DNA of 52,052 nt, the filler included, from Sphacelaria rigidula (Eukaryota), in NCBI GenBank assembly GCA_964200075.2. It is 4 parts of 4 records of this genome, joined end to end, with 100 filler letters (N's around TTAATTAATTAA, not from the genome) between each part and the next. Parts side by side here need not be neighbours in the genome. Positions count along the whole stretch, not along the records: positions 26,080 to 39,017 come from CAXNAA020003286.1; positions 39,118 to 52,052 come from CAXNAA020003287.1; 2 more parts are not named here. One strand, 5' to 3'. Of the stretch, positions 38,670 through 49,900 are shown one piece after another. Made by a program: the position numbers and the translations under genes. The notes below the pieces were generated by a model. It was not told the DNA's origin. It did no database searches and saw nothing but the letters and a program-made list of their open reading frames with translations. Each line of letters starts with the position of its first letter. The first letter of the stretch is position 1.

Positions 38670-38921
38670 TCATCGTCGAGATAACTCTTTCACTATCCCT
38701 CTGGTATTGGCTGTAGCACGCTTCTCTTGGGGAACGATAATGCCATGCTTGCGCAGGATGACGTCTGACCCTCGTACGCATTGCATGAGCCAGCCAGCCG
38801 TCACTCGCAACCGTTCGTCGTCCGAAAGGTCGCCATGTTTCAGAGCCCTGTCGAAGTAGGTTATCGCAACGTGCACACAACCGATTAGATTAGTCCAGCG
38901 GACGAACGTCGTGAGTATTTC
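38670..38921 (-). CDS. Putative terminal exon of a gene convergent with NOT3 (unknown product)
   Basis: Strong acceptor CTTTCATTTGTTTGGTTTCAG|GAA followed by an 83-aa phase-0 frame, EILTTFVRWTNLIGCVHVAITYFDRALKHGDLSDDERL...ELSRR*. The upstream part is cut by the gap. Confidence 0.4.
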   Translation of the reverse strand, partial: EILTTFVRWTNLIGCVHVAITYFDRALKHGDLSDDERLRVTAGWLMQCVRGSDVILRKHGIIVPQEKRATANTRGIVKELSRR

Positions 38922-39017
38922 CTGAAACCAAACAAATGAAAGTCTGTACACAACAGTGTTTTCGTGAGATTGAGAGTAGATGATACGATTGAGGGTGAAA
39001 AGCGGTCAATCAGTGAA

Positions 39018-39117
39018 NNNNNNNNNNNNNNNNNNNNNNNNNNNNNNNNNNNNNNNNNNNNTTAATTAATTAANNNNNNNNNNNNNNNNNNNNNNNNNNN
39101 NNNNNNNNNNNNNNNNN
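39018..39117. other. Artificial assembly spacer, followed by a (TAA)n microsatellite at 39118-39188
   Basis: 44N-TTAATTAATTAA-44N. Confidence 0.95.
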
Positions 39118-39181
<64 letters not shown>

Positions 39182-40269
39182 TAATAATAGCTGGTCTAAA
39201 GAGGCATGACGCTTTGACACGGTAGTGCGAAGGGCATTTTTGTACCATGACTGGTAATTTGTTATTTTCACGGTAATCGTTACCGCGGTAATAAGAAGTC
39301 GCGGAAACCGCGATCTTTGCCTGGTCATTTTTCCCGTGGGATTGGGATGAAATATTTTGCTTGGGATTGCCACGGTATAGTAACATTTTTTCACGGTAAC
39401 TGCATGGGAACGCTAATTGCAATTCTTCATGGTAACGTCAAAAATTATGGTGAGACTGAAACTACCGAAATTGCCGCAGTAGAATTACCGAGATGACCCT
39501 TGGTGGTTTAGCCACTTTACGCCGATGTACAGTCGCCAAATATGGACCGTCCAGTTGGATCTAAGTTGCAGAGATGTTTTCTGCTGTGTGCCACCCATCA
39601 TGAAACAAAAATATTTCGATGCAGGCAGTTGGTAACAAAACACAGTCAGTTTTAAGCAATGATGGAGCCAAACTCAGGGATGGATGTGTCTAATGCGCCC
39701 CGCCCCGTCTCTGAGCATCGCGCTGGGCTGCGGCCCTCCAGCGAAGGGTAATACTTCCTAACTTAGTCGCTCTCGGCTAGACGGTTGAGTCAACGCAAGG
39801 ACGTACCGGTTGTTCCCACATTCGAGACGCTAGATGGTGAAATATGAAGGTGAAAGCGTAAGGCCTGAGGACCCTGCGGCCGCACAAGAAGCTGCCCCAA
39901 CAAACGAGTTGTATACCATCCGAGACCGATGGGTACACTCGTAAGTGCGGCATTTGCTCGAGGCACATGTACCCCTCCCCCGAGCTGGTGTGTTGTTACG
40001 TCATACTTTTCTTTTCTTGTTATGCCTGGTATATTGTTACACATGACCTCTAGAGGTAGGACGATAGAACCCCATGATTTTCATCGGTGTGGTTTGTGAT
40101 CTTAGTTACTGAGTTTTGCTCCATTTCTGTTCGGCCTCGCGTGTTGAGTGGACCATTGGGCCCTGCCTCCCCTTGACCGAATGGTTGCCTGCGGCAGCGG
40201 ATCTTACGAGGTTAGCAGCATTTTCTTCTTTTATTTGTTTATTTTTTTTGCCACGCGTCTTTGTGAATT

Positions 40270-40430
40270 TCTCTGGGTCCAATTTTATTATTTTATTTCC
40301 TTTTACCTTATTCTGGGTAGTTAGCCTGTGACCACGGAAGGCGTCCGCATGAGATGCCCAGTACAGAGCACTGCGCAGATATCGGAACGGTTTCAATGTG
40401 AAGACAACAAAGCGACAGCGACAACAACAT
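40270..40430 (+). mobile_element. 3' UTR/tail fragment of a non-LTR retroelement
   Basis: Same terminal motif as 20970-21031, with a degenerate CAA tail. Confidence 0.55.
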
Positions 40431-40673
40431 GAATCATTTGTCGTTTACGGAGCACACCACGTCCAGTGATAACTTCTTCAGGCTCAATCTCATCGTAAAC
40501 TGCAGTGGCCACATGGTCGAACATGGTGCGATTGAAAACATCTCGTGAGTCCAGAGTCTTCAGAAGCGAGAAATTTCACAGGGACAAAACTCAATTAAAT
40601 AGGGGTGTTATACCCCATCACCTTGGGTTATTGTGAACGTCCACTGCATTTAATTAGTGTCTGGTTTGGTCAC

Positions 40674-40790
40674 CTGCTCAGGTCCGAATTTATCTGTGCC
40701 TAAGTCCATCTGCGTCTCTCGAAGCAAGACCTGGCTTGGTCCCGGGGCGCTGCGGCCCCGGCCTCGTCCTCCACCGCGGCCACCTCGCAT
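40674..40790 (-). CDS. First exon of an RGG-start protein, possibly RNA polymerase III subunit C31/RPC7
   Basis: AACC-ATG context, then 39 codons MRGGRGGGRGRGRSAPGPSQVLLRETQMDLGTDKFGPEQ ending at CAG|GTGACC (phase 0). A GRGRG start is typical of C31 proteins but is not diagnostic. Confidence 0.55.
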
Positions 40791-40957
40791 GGTTGCTGTC
40801 TTGGTTCAAGTGAAGTTGGGAGGTGGACCATTGGCAATCCATGCCGGAAATTCAAATTTACATCAACTAGGTCATATTCCGCAATCCTGCTCCTCATCGT
40901 CGGTGCTGGGTGCGCACTCTAGTGCGTGTCGTTGTTGTGCTGTACTACAACAAGAAG
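40791..40957. promoter_or_regulatory. Probable bidirectional promoter (167 bp between divergent ATGs)
   Basis: Start codons at 40790 (-) and 40958 (+). Confidence 0.5.
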
Positions 40958-43900
40958 ATGGAGGTGGAGGCCTTTCAACGACTGGATCCGGAGAACTTTT
41001 ACCGAAGGTTTATCAAGAATGGCGTGAGGCCAGATGGCAGAGAGCTGCGCGCGGTGAGGCCAATTTCTGTTGATGTGGAGGTGCTTTCTTCCGAGCATGT
41101 GCAGGCTTCGGCACTGGTGGGCCTGGGCTCCACGAAAGTGCTCGCCGGCATCACGCTGGAAGTTGGTCAGCCCGCCGAGAGTACGCCTCTCTGTGGGATG
41201 CTAGGTAAGCACGCTAACCGTGCTACTGCGTGTTTGTGTCCAAGTTTGTGACTCCTTGTGAAAGTGGCCAACACCAGGAAGCTTCCTCCTATCGCGCGTG
41301 TTGGAGATGGATTGGTGTTACCAGAACAGTCTGTCCGCACAACAGCCGTGTCTCGTCATCCCAAGTCGTCGGCACCCATCGACTATAGTAGTCCGCATGC
41401 AAACTTGGCGGAATAAGTAACCTGGGTATTTGTTCAAGCTTATCGCATATGATTCTCCCTCACAGCTCGAAAGTGCTAGAGTCGATAGATATCGTGAAAA
41501 TAAATAGGCCGTGCTCAGGACGCAACCCCCAAGTTTGTCTTGTCGGAGTCATACGGGGTGAAGACCATGTTTATCAGGAGAGTGTTATTGACCGTCATTC
41601 GGACCAAAATACAGTTTTCCCGCTCTAGCGCAATGAACAGGTAATTTTTTAGGTGAAACAAAATTTGTTCACATGATCGGGATTGATTCAATTGGGCAAA
41701 AATACCCAACCGTCAGAAGGTAGTGCTGTGTAGTGGCAGGACCCCCCGAGAACTGGTCACCCGTAAGTCGCTCAATATTGACTGGAGAAATTATCTTCTT
41801 TTCGGAATGTCAAGCAGATACTATGGTAGTGTCTCCCAATCTGTAAACCTTGGAATCAAACGTGCACTACTGTGATGAGTGGTGGCACGCGAGAATCCAT
41901 CAAGAATACTCATTTCAAAAATTCACGCAGTTTGCATGCCGGCTACCGTACAGTACTGCATCTGCATTGTACTGCAGGTTACTTGGCGTAGTGTAACGAC
42001 AACAGCAGTGCACGTAAGTAGTTCAGCAGTGTATTGCCAAGAGAATACGTCAGAACCACGCGACAAGTCTGGAGTACAACGCCTCACGAAGGGATATAAA
42101 CTGTTGCGTAATGACCACCATCGCATTACATGACCTTCAGCCGTGGTCAAAGGGAGTGCCATTTGAACGCCCATTATTTCTATATCCGAGATTTTTTCCG
42201 CTGACAGCCCGGCGAGTTTTGAAATATCGATTTTGAGCCATAAATTCTCATGGGCGCTGATTGGACACACTCGTGGGCAGTTGGCAGTTTACCCTTCGAA
42301 AACCCAGGCTCCTGGTTGGACCCTGAACAGACGGGTTTTGGAGGGTGCATTGTCGTACATGACTTGGAGTCACGTTTGTTTATCACCACCCGTACAAAAA
42401 CAAGACAATCCATGTTGCGTGTTGCGCTTCGCACTGACGTGAATCCCAGTTCTGCGAACCGAACATACCTCCTGGTTCTGTTCATAGGGAACCACTAGTC
42501 ACAAGAATGTTCCTCGCGTTCTCAGCTACACTGCTCTCGGAAAAACGACTGCAAACGTTGTGACCACCGAGCTATATGTACACTCCGGGCTCAAGGGCGT
42601 CACACACGAAACCAAGCTTCCATGAGCTTTCCCGTTTGTTGCCTGTCCCGTTTGTCCGGAACAAGGTGCGAGGCAACCCCTCGCACCTCGTCTCACTCTT
42701 GTGTTTTACTCACTTCTCTGTCAAGCTCTCCCGAGCGCTGTCCTCAACGCACCGTCGTAGCTCAATGACAGGGCACGATGTTGTCAGCGGAAAGACGAAG
42801 GCTCGTAGCCCTCCGGCAGTTTCCTACCGTGTACAATCCCTACGAGTACTGAAGACAGAAGAAAAGAAACACGGACAAGTTTAAAAAATCCAGCCGATGG
42901 AACAACATCGAGCCATATTCAAAATTGCGCCTCATACACTACTTTTGACCGTGGTTTCTGGAGCGTTAAAAGCTCATCTACACCTGTCTCCATCATTGCT
43001 TCGTCAGCTGCATCCCATAGTGATAGCTGAAGGCGGTTTGATAGCCCCAAGGGTCATAATATCGTTGGTTTAACTGTCGGCAACAACAGCAGGGCGCGCG
43101 ATGGAACTGTTGATGGAAGTGACCAAGGGTCGCTATTAAGGATCGTTATTAACAGGACTTTTCCCCCCGAATTTTCTTCGACTTTTCCCGATTTTTTTCC
43201 GACTTTTCAAAAAAAAAAGCGGAAAAAAAATGCAACGCTAGATTTCCGAGTAATATGTAGTCAGTCTAGAATTATTCTATTCCTTGACCTGATTGATAAA
43301 TCTGCTGTCATATTATTGGTGAGGATTTTTTTCTCGATAAGTCGGAAAAGTCTCGAAAATACAGCAACAACGACGCTAAGGCTACTTCTCACATATAGGA
43401 AAATGGAACTCGTTGAAAAGTGCGTTTTTGGCCTTCCTCCGTCATTTTCCCCTCGAAAAGAGGGTGAGACGGATGTTGACACCTTGGAATGACTTGCTCT
43501 ACTCGCTGAGGCCGTTCCAGAGCACCCTCGCGTTTTCCGTAGGTCACGGTTTCGTTTCGTGCCGAACTTGCATTTTCAATAACAAACGATCAAGTGACCA
43601 AAATGATGTCAGTTTCCCCCCCGATTTTTTATAACTTCATCGTTGGTTATTGAAAACGGAAGTTTGGCCAAAAACGAAACTGTGACCTACGGGAAACGCA
43701 AAGGTGTTCTGGAATCATCTCAGCGACTAGAGTAAGTCATTTCAAGGTGTCGACATCCGCCTAGCCCTCTTTTCGGGGGAAAAACGACGGTGAAAAGCCT
43801 AAAATACACTTTTCAGCTTATTTTGTTTCTTGATACATCAGGCTACTTGTTATGTATTTTGAAAAAAACGTTATATAAGAAGCCGTTCTTCGACAGCACG

Positions 43901-46900
43901 TTTTTCAGCAGAGTTTTTTAAGTAGCCCGTCTTAGGTGATTGACACTGCTGTATCAACATTGGAAAAGTAGTGTTCATCGTTCTCTACAAGGCGTGTGGG
44001 CGTAATTTCAAATTCTGAGGCGCGCGAGAGAGACACAACACTCTGCTGTCGTGTCGTGGTGTACAGCCCGCACTGCCTGTCTGTACTACTGTAATACATT
44101 GACCGAGCAATACATGGTGGGCTGCGTGACGCAAGACGAGCAATAAGGATACCACCTTGCTATACCAAGTGGCTGTAAAGCTGCCCGTTGGGCTTTTCCG
44201 CTACACCGCAGTACTCGAGTGCGGACAGTACAGACAACGCTGTATTGTATGCATTGGCTGTAGTACTACAACAGGAGCACTATTCACAGCCTTGTGTGTA
44301 CTGTCAGTACGGTCCTATATCTACAAGGCTTGGGTGCGCAGGCAGTCTGTACTGCAACGCGACTTCTGTTCGCAACACGCTGCATGCACAGACCTGAACT
44401 GAGCTGCATTCTGCTGCACCGTCGTACTCGATTGTACGGGCAGCACGGACAACATTACAGGCAGTATTGTGTTGTATGCATTGGATGTACTACAGTAGTA
44501 GCACTACCGATCTTTGAGTCTTGCGTGTACTATCAGTCCGGCCCTGTCTCTACAAGGCTTGGGCGCGTGGGCAGTCTGTAAAGCGTTGCGACGGCTGATC
44601 GCAACACGCTGCGTGCACAGATCCGAACTGAGCTACAATATTGTACGGGCTACATATAGACTGTCCTGTCTGTACAGCACTCGTCATCGACCCTGCCCTC
44701 TACTGTTCTCATGGGGTAAAGGGCCACCACGCTACTAGCGAGCAAAGGACAATGGTGCACCACGCTGAATGCCCGCGAGCACCAGCGACAGCAGTAGTTG
44801 GCAGCCAAGCCATCACAGGTGCTGTCGTGGGCTGTAAGGTGTGTTCAGAACATTTTTCAAAAACATTTTTCGATAGCCCAAGGTTATCAGAACATCATGA
44901 TTTCCTGATAACTTTGGGCTATCGAAAAATGTTATCAGAAATTTTCTGTCAGAAAACGCGTTTTCTGATCACATAATAAGTTGGTTTTTGGCCATTTATC
45001 AGAAAACGGGTTTTGTGATGGAGTTTTTTTTATACATAAGAAGTAGCCCAAGAAGTAGCCTAACGACACTTTTGTTTTTTTTTAACTTTTCGGACATTTT
45101 CGGAAAAGTGCTATTCATTTTCATACTTTCCCCAAAAATAAAGCGTCGTCATTTTTCTCACCTTTGTAAAATATTCAGACGGCTAGAAAAAAACTGTCCG
45201 AATTTTCAAGGAATTCAGATAAAGTTGCCGCCCATTGGGCTATCGGGCAGTGTGTACCCCGTGTCGCTTCAAAGTGTACGAGACCTCGTAGGTGCATAGC
45301 GAGTGAAGTCGAATTCATGTCTGAGAGAAGAAAGCGCCGCGGGTCTGCAGTAATCGCCCCGCCTAGCCGGCGGAGGAGAGCAGGCGACGTGGTCAGTGTA
45401 TTATCGTCCCATCTATTCTGGACGCCCATCTATTCCTTTCGGTATATGTGGGCGCACCAGCCGGGGTTACACACGAGGAAGGTCAACACAGGAGCTATTT
45501 CTTCTCTATTTGTGTTTAGCCCCACCTTTCTCCTGCGGTGCTTGCCTTTATTTTTTATCGCGAGAGGGGTTCAGCAGTCCCTTTGCCTCGTCGATTGTTG
45601 AGTCGAATTTTGTGTACGCACGACATAGTCGCTCTCCACTGTTGGGCATGGTGTGAGAAAAAAACCCAGATCGCTCCGAGATTTAAACCCACGACCCAAC
45701 CGGCAGAAGGGTTTGAGATTACCAACTGAGCCATCGAGGCGATGGGCTTCAATGTGCACCCTGGACAGAAGATCACGTCAATAAAAAGTGTGCTGCGTAC
45801 AGTGTATAAGCATGGACTGTTGATCCAGTATTGTATGCGGTACCCTTTTCATCGATGTAGGCAATGGTCGAGGGTGTGCTGAAAGAACGCCTGCTGTTGT
45901 TGTTGTCACGGCAGGGACCTCAGGAGTTGCTCAAGTCGCAGAAGTAGTCTGCAACTTGCTTTAGCCGCATGTCTCTAGAAGCGCTATGTCGGTCTAAAAC
46001 CAATCGCTGTTGTGTCGATACACTGCGGTTGTACGTGTGTGTCTCGATGTGTGTGTACAGTGAGTGTACAGCAGCTGACATCCTGCACATGCGCCGTAGC
46101 ACCCTTTGCAAGGACTGGTCGCGAAGTGCCTGCATCAAGAACGGACTCAGACGGCACACACAGACGCGCGCACGCACACACGCACACACACACACACGTA
46201 TATGCGCAGGATATAAACAGCCTCAGCAGCCGCAGCACTACGCGGCGACCTTGTACCCGCATGTCTCTGGAGGCGTTTCGAGGGTTTAAAATCAACTGGT
46301 GCTGTGTTGAAAGGTCCTGTCAACGCAGCAAAGGTTGGACAACAAAACGAGACTGACTTTGAAAAAATAAAAGATATTCTCCGTGCTGACCACTTGCTTG
46401 AAATTGACCCTTTCCTCTGTCGGTCACAAGGCCGCTCGCAGAGAAGAAAAAAGTCAGGCTCGGCCTGTTTTCTGCTTTTTTGTCAGGGGACCGATACTGC
46501 GTACCACTGTGTGTGTACAGCCAGTAGTTCGGTGGCATATAGCAACGGTGAACCCGTCGGCATGCTCCAGTGTTGTGGACAGTATTATTTTCATCTCTCA
46601 TGCTGTTCTGACGGGTCTGCTCTATAGAGAGTGTCCCGGGGCGTTTTGCTACCCGACGAGCGCTATCTTCGCCTGACAAGCGTTGTAACATTCCCAGCAA
46701 GCATGAATTGAACCTTGTTATACTCGCTGAGCTTGATAAAAAAAGGTGCTTTCCTGTCTTCTGGGAAAAGTTCAAACTGTCTGAAAATGACCTACATTTT
46801 GTCTAAACAAAACCCCGTTAATAGCGGCCTTTAAGCCCCATAGACCCTTCTTGACTCAGAACAAGGTCACACAACGGCTCCAAGGCGTTCCTAGCTCACA

Positions 46901-49900
46901 CAGAGCTCGGAGACTCCAAGACAGATGTTGTTCACGAACACACAGTCTCCGTTATCGAAAGTGGCCAGCAGCACCTCCTCTACATGCATCACATGTCAAG
47001 TATCCATAGTCATTCTCCAGAGTATCCAATGACTCAACCTCATCCAACTCATATCCAAACCGCTGTGTCAACAGGCAGCGTATCATGCACCCGCACGTGT
47101 ACTGGAGGGGGCATACTCTACAACACCCCCCAACGCTCCGCAAAACTCGGAGTTGAAGGCGAGCTTGAGAAGCAGTAACGTCGACAATCGCGTTCATGCT
47201 ACTTTTTTCTGTCTGTTGACGACGCACGACGATGTAACGTCATGCTCCACAAAAAAAATCATAATTGGCACAACCCTGAACATTGACCCTGGTGAATAAC
47301 AGTCTCAATCCGACTCAGTGGAGTCAAAAGTTCAGTCGACGGAAATCGCCAGTCATAGCATACTTACAAAGCAAACGCGCCGAGCACAACACCATCTCAA
47401 TCATCAGCAGTCAAAAATATAATGAAATCAGCGCTCGAAGCTTGATACCATACTTAACCTGCAAACGTGCTCACACCTTTACTTAGTCCCAACTTTCGTA
47501 GCTCTACAAATTGCGGTGCTCCTTCCAGACAAATGGACATACCATCCGCATGCTCTTTTCAATCAGAGGCGAAACGCCATCCATGTGCTCGTCCACACAC
47601 GAGACAGGCCATCAAAAGACCTTCCACGGTCAAAGATAATCAAAATTTGGGACAGAAAGTAGAGTTGATACAATACTGCAGACGGCACCTGCAATTTTTT
47701 CATTGAACGGGCTTTTGGAATACCAAGCTCTTGCGGCAAACGAACATTGACGAATGGGTAATCATTTTATTCCACGTCAGGCCGAACGAGCCGCGAAACG
47801 TCCTTCAGATCTCAACCGCAGGTACCACACCATCGTACATTGCACTATCCACGGTAAATTAGTAAGTTGCGATATAAAGTATCATACGATTACCGCAGAT
47901 ATTGCTATGGATGAGTGAGTGTTTGTGATGGAGCTGTCTTCTATCGACCCCAATTTTTTTCGCTACCACGAGCCTCAATAAAAATGAGCCTAACATGCGG
48001 TGAAGAATACACCGGGGTATTTTTTTCTGGTCATGTGCCTGAAATGTACTTCTAGCACCCATACAACAGAATATGGAGGCCATGAGCTCCGCCGGGGTGG
48101 CATATGTTGTATGCGGGATATTGGACAGTAGTAACCGCTTGCGGCGTCATGAAAGTAGTGTTTTCTCATCTAACGCAGACCTGAAGGTCGGGCGCAAATC
48201 ATTCTCACAGGATGCCTTTTTTTCGTACCCCAGATATATTGTCGGTCGGACGCTCCCCAGAAATTCTTCCACACGTCAGACAGATCATGACCCGTCTGGA
48301 AATTACTTCCTTTCAGTTTACTGATCCGGATTATGTTCTAAATCATTTGGCCCCCCTTTTCCATGTTCGCTTCCCACAGCGCCGGACGCCGAGCACGCCG
48401 AGTAGCGCAAAAGTTGCCTTTTGGCTTTTCTGACTCCGTGATCACATATTTCGTGTTTTTGGAGCAATGGATCCGAGAGTCTTCTTCGATTAATCACTTC
48501 AGACGGATCAATGATCTGTCCGACGTGTGAAATGTGCGTTCTAGCGACAGCTGTACGCGCTGCGACAATTCCACAGGCTCCATGTCAGTGTGTTGGCTAT
48601 TTACTGACGTGTGTGCCCATGTCTTCATGGTCACCACCATGGTAGATATTGTCAAAGGTGTTCATGCGATCTCTGCGGCCCAACCTGTCCCAAATGTGAC
48701 TTTTCGGATTTCCCTGAGAGAAAAAAGCATCTAATGAATCACATGTTTTCCCGCGCGTTTTTTTTTCGTATCATCCCTCGTAGAAGTGCAACACGGGTGG
48801 GACACGGTGAAGTAAACGAAACTAGTAAAACAGTGAATCACCAATACTCCGGTGCAATTCTACCCTCCACAACGCACAAACTGGCAATCGATATTTTGTT
48901 CCAACAACTGGCACGTGATATGCATTTATCGTACAACATACATTGGTCATTTTCCACTTCGTGAAACACGATCGTACGGAACTTCCGCTGCACTGCTCAA
49001 GGTATACCGTTACTGCACATCCAAGCAGATCTTCTAGCAGCCATCAGTCAAGTCCATATGATTGTGTCCATAGCCTCACACAATGTCGCGATATTCGCTG
49101 GTCATGGTGTTGTCTCTACCGTAGGCCACGTCCATTCGGGACGAATAAATCATATGACATAATCACCTTCGCATACGCGATGCTGTCCAGAACGACTAGG
49201 TTTTACTCTAGCCAGACATTTTACGTTGCGCGCGAATTGCGATTTTGTTTTTCGGAAATCCTACAATTGAGGCAAGTCACCTGAAAACACTTCAACACGA
49301 TGGGTCATGAATCGAACGGGAATGCGGCAGAGTGGTCAGCAACCTTTTCATGTATTTGATACCACTACACTGCACTACACTACACTACACTACACTACAA
49401 ATCGTCCGGCCATAACACCGCGGGCCCTTCCCAGCCCCGCCACCGGGCGATCGGTGCACCGTCAGTGTTGGATACGGGCTGCAAAAAAAACTCGTAAAGT
49501 AAGATATCACCTCCTGGCTGTGGTAAGGTTTTCTAAGTCCTGTTGAGTCTTTCCATTTGATACATGAGTGCGATTCCATTAACGCGTATGAAACGGGTTA
49601 ATTCCTATATCGCGTGCATCTTTATCTTTTTCATGTATCAAAAATACTATGTAGCGAAAAAATATCTCGGCATTTGATAGTGTAACAGCCCAACGGCACT
49701 AAGAATGTAGATGCCGAGGTACAATCTTCGCCAAAGTAAGGTCGAATGCGACTTATCAGTCGGAGTTTGACATCCATCCAACTTTAGCCAAGTTGTTAGT
49801 TGACAGCGTTCATGAAAAGTCGCCAGCTCTTGTGGAGTACTACCCTGATGATCTCGACATTAGGGGCATCGCCTCATGATCTCAGGAAGCGATCTTTTAC

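Larger units (their letters stand above)
43380..45060. mobile_element. Composite Harbinger-like non-autonomous element, 1681 bp
   Basis: Ends are TAA|GGCTACTTCT ... AAGAAGTAGCC|TAA. Internal sequence (CTTGGAATG-CTTGCT-TACTCGCTG) is shared with the 30277-30600 MITE. Confidence 0.65.

Noticed and set aside
39062..39422. Poly-Ile / poly-Tyr ORFs
   Set aside because: Translations of a (TAA)n microsatellite and Ns.
39834..39940. Plus-strand mini-exon MVKYEGESVRPEDPAAAQEAAPTNELYTIRDRWVH|GTAAGT
   Set aside because: It has a good donor but no partner exon or homology, and lies within the presumed intron of the opposite-strand gene.
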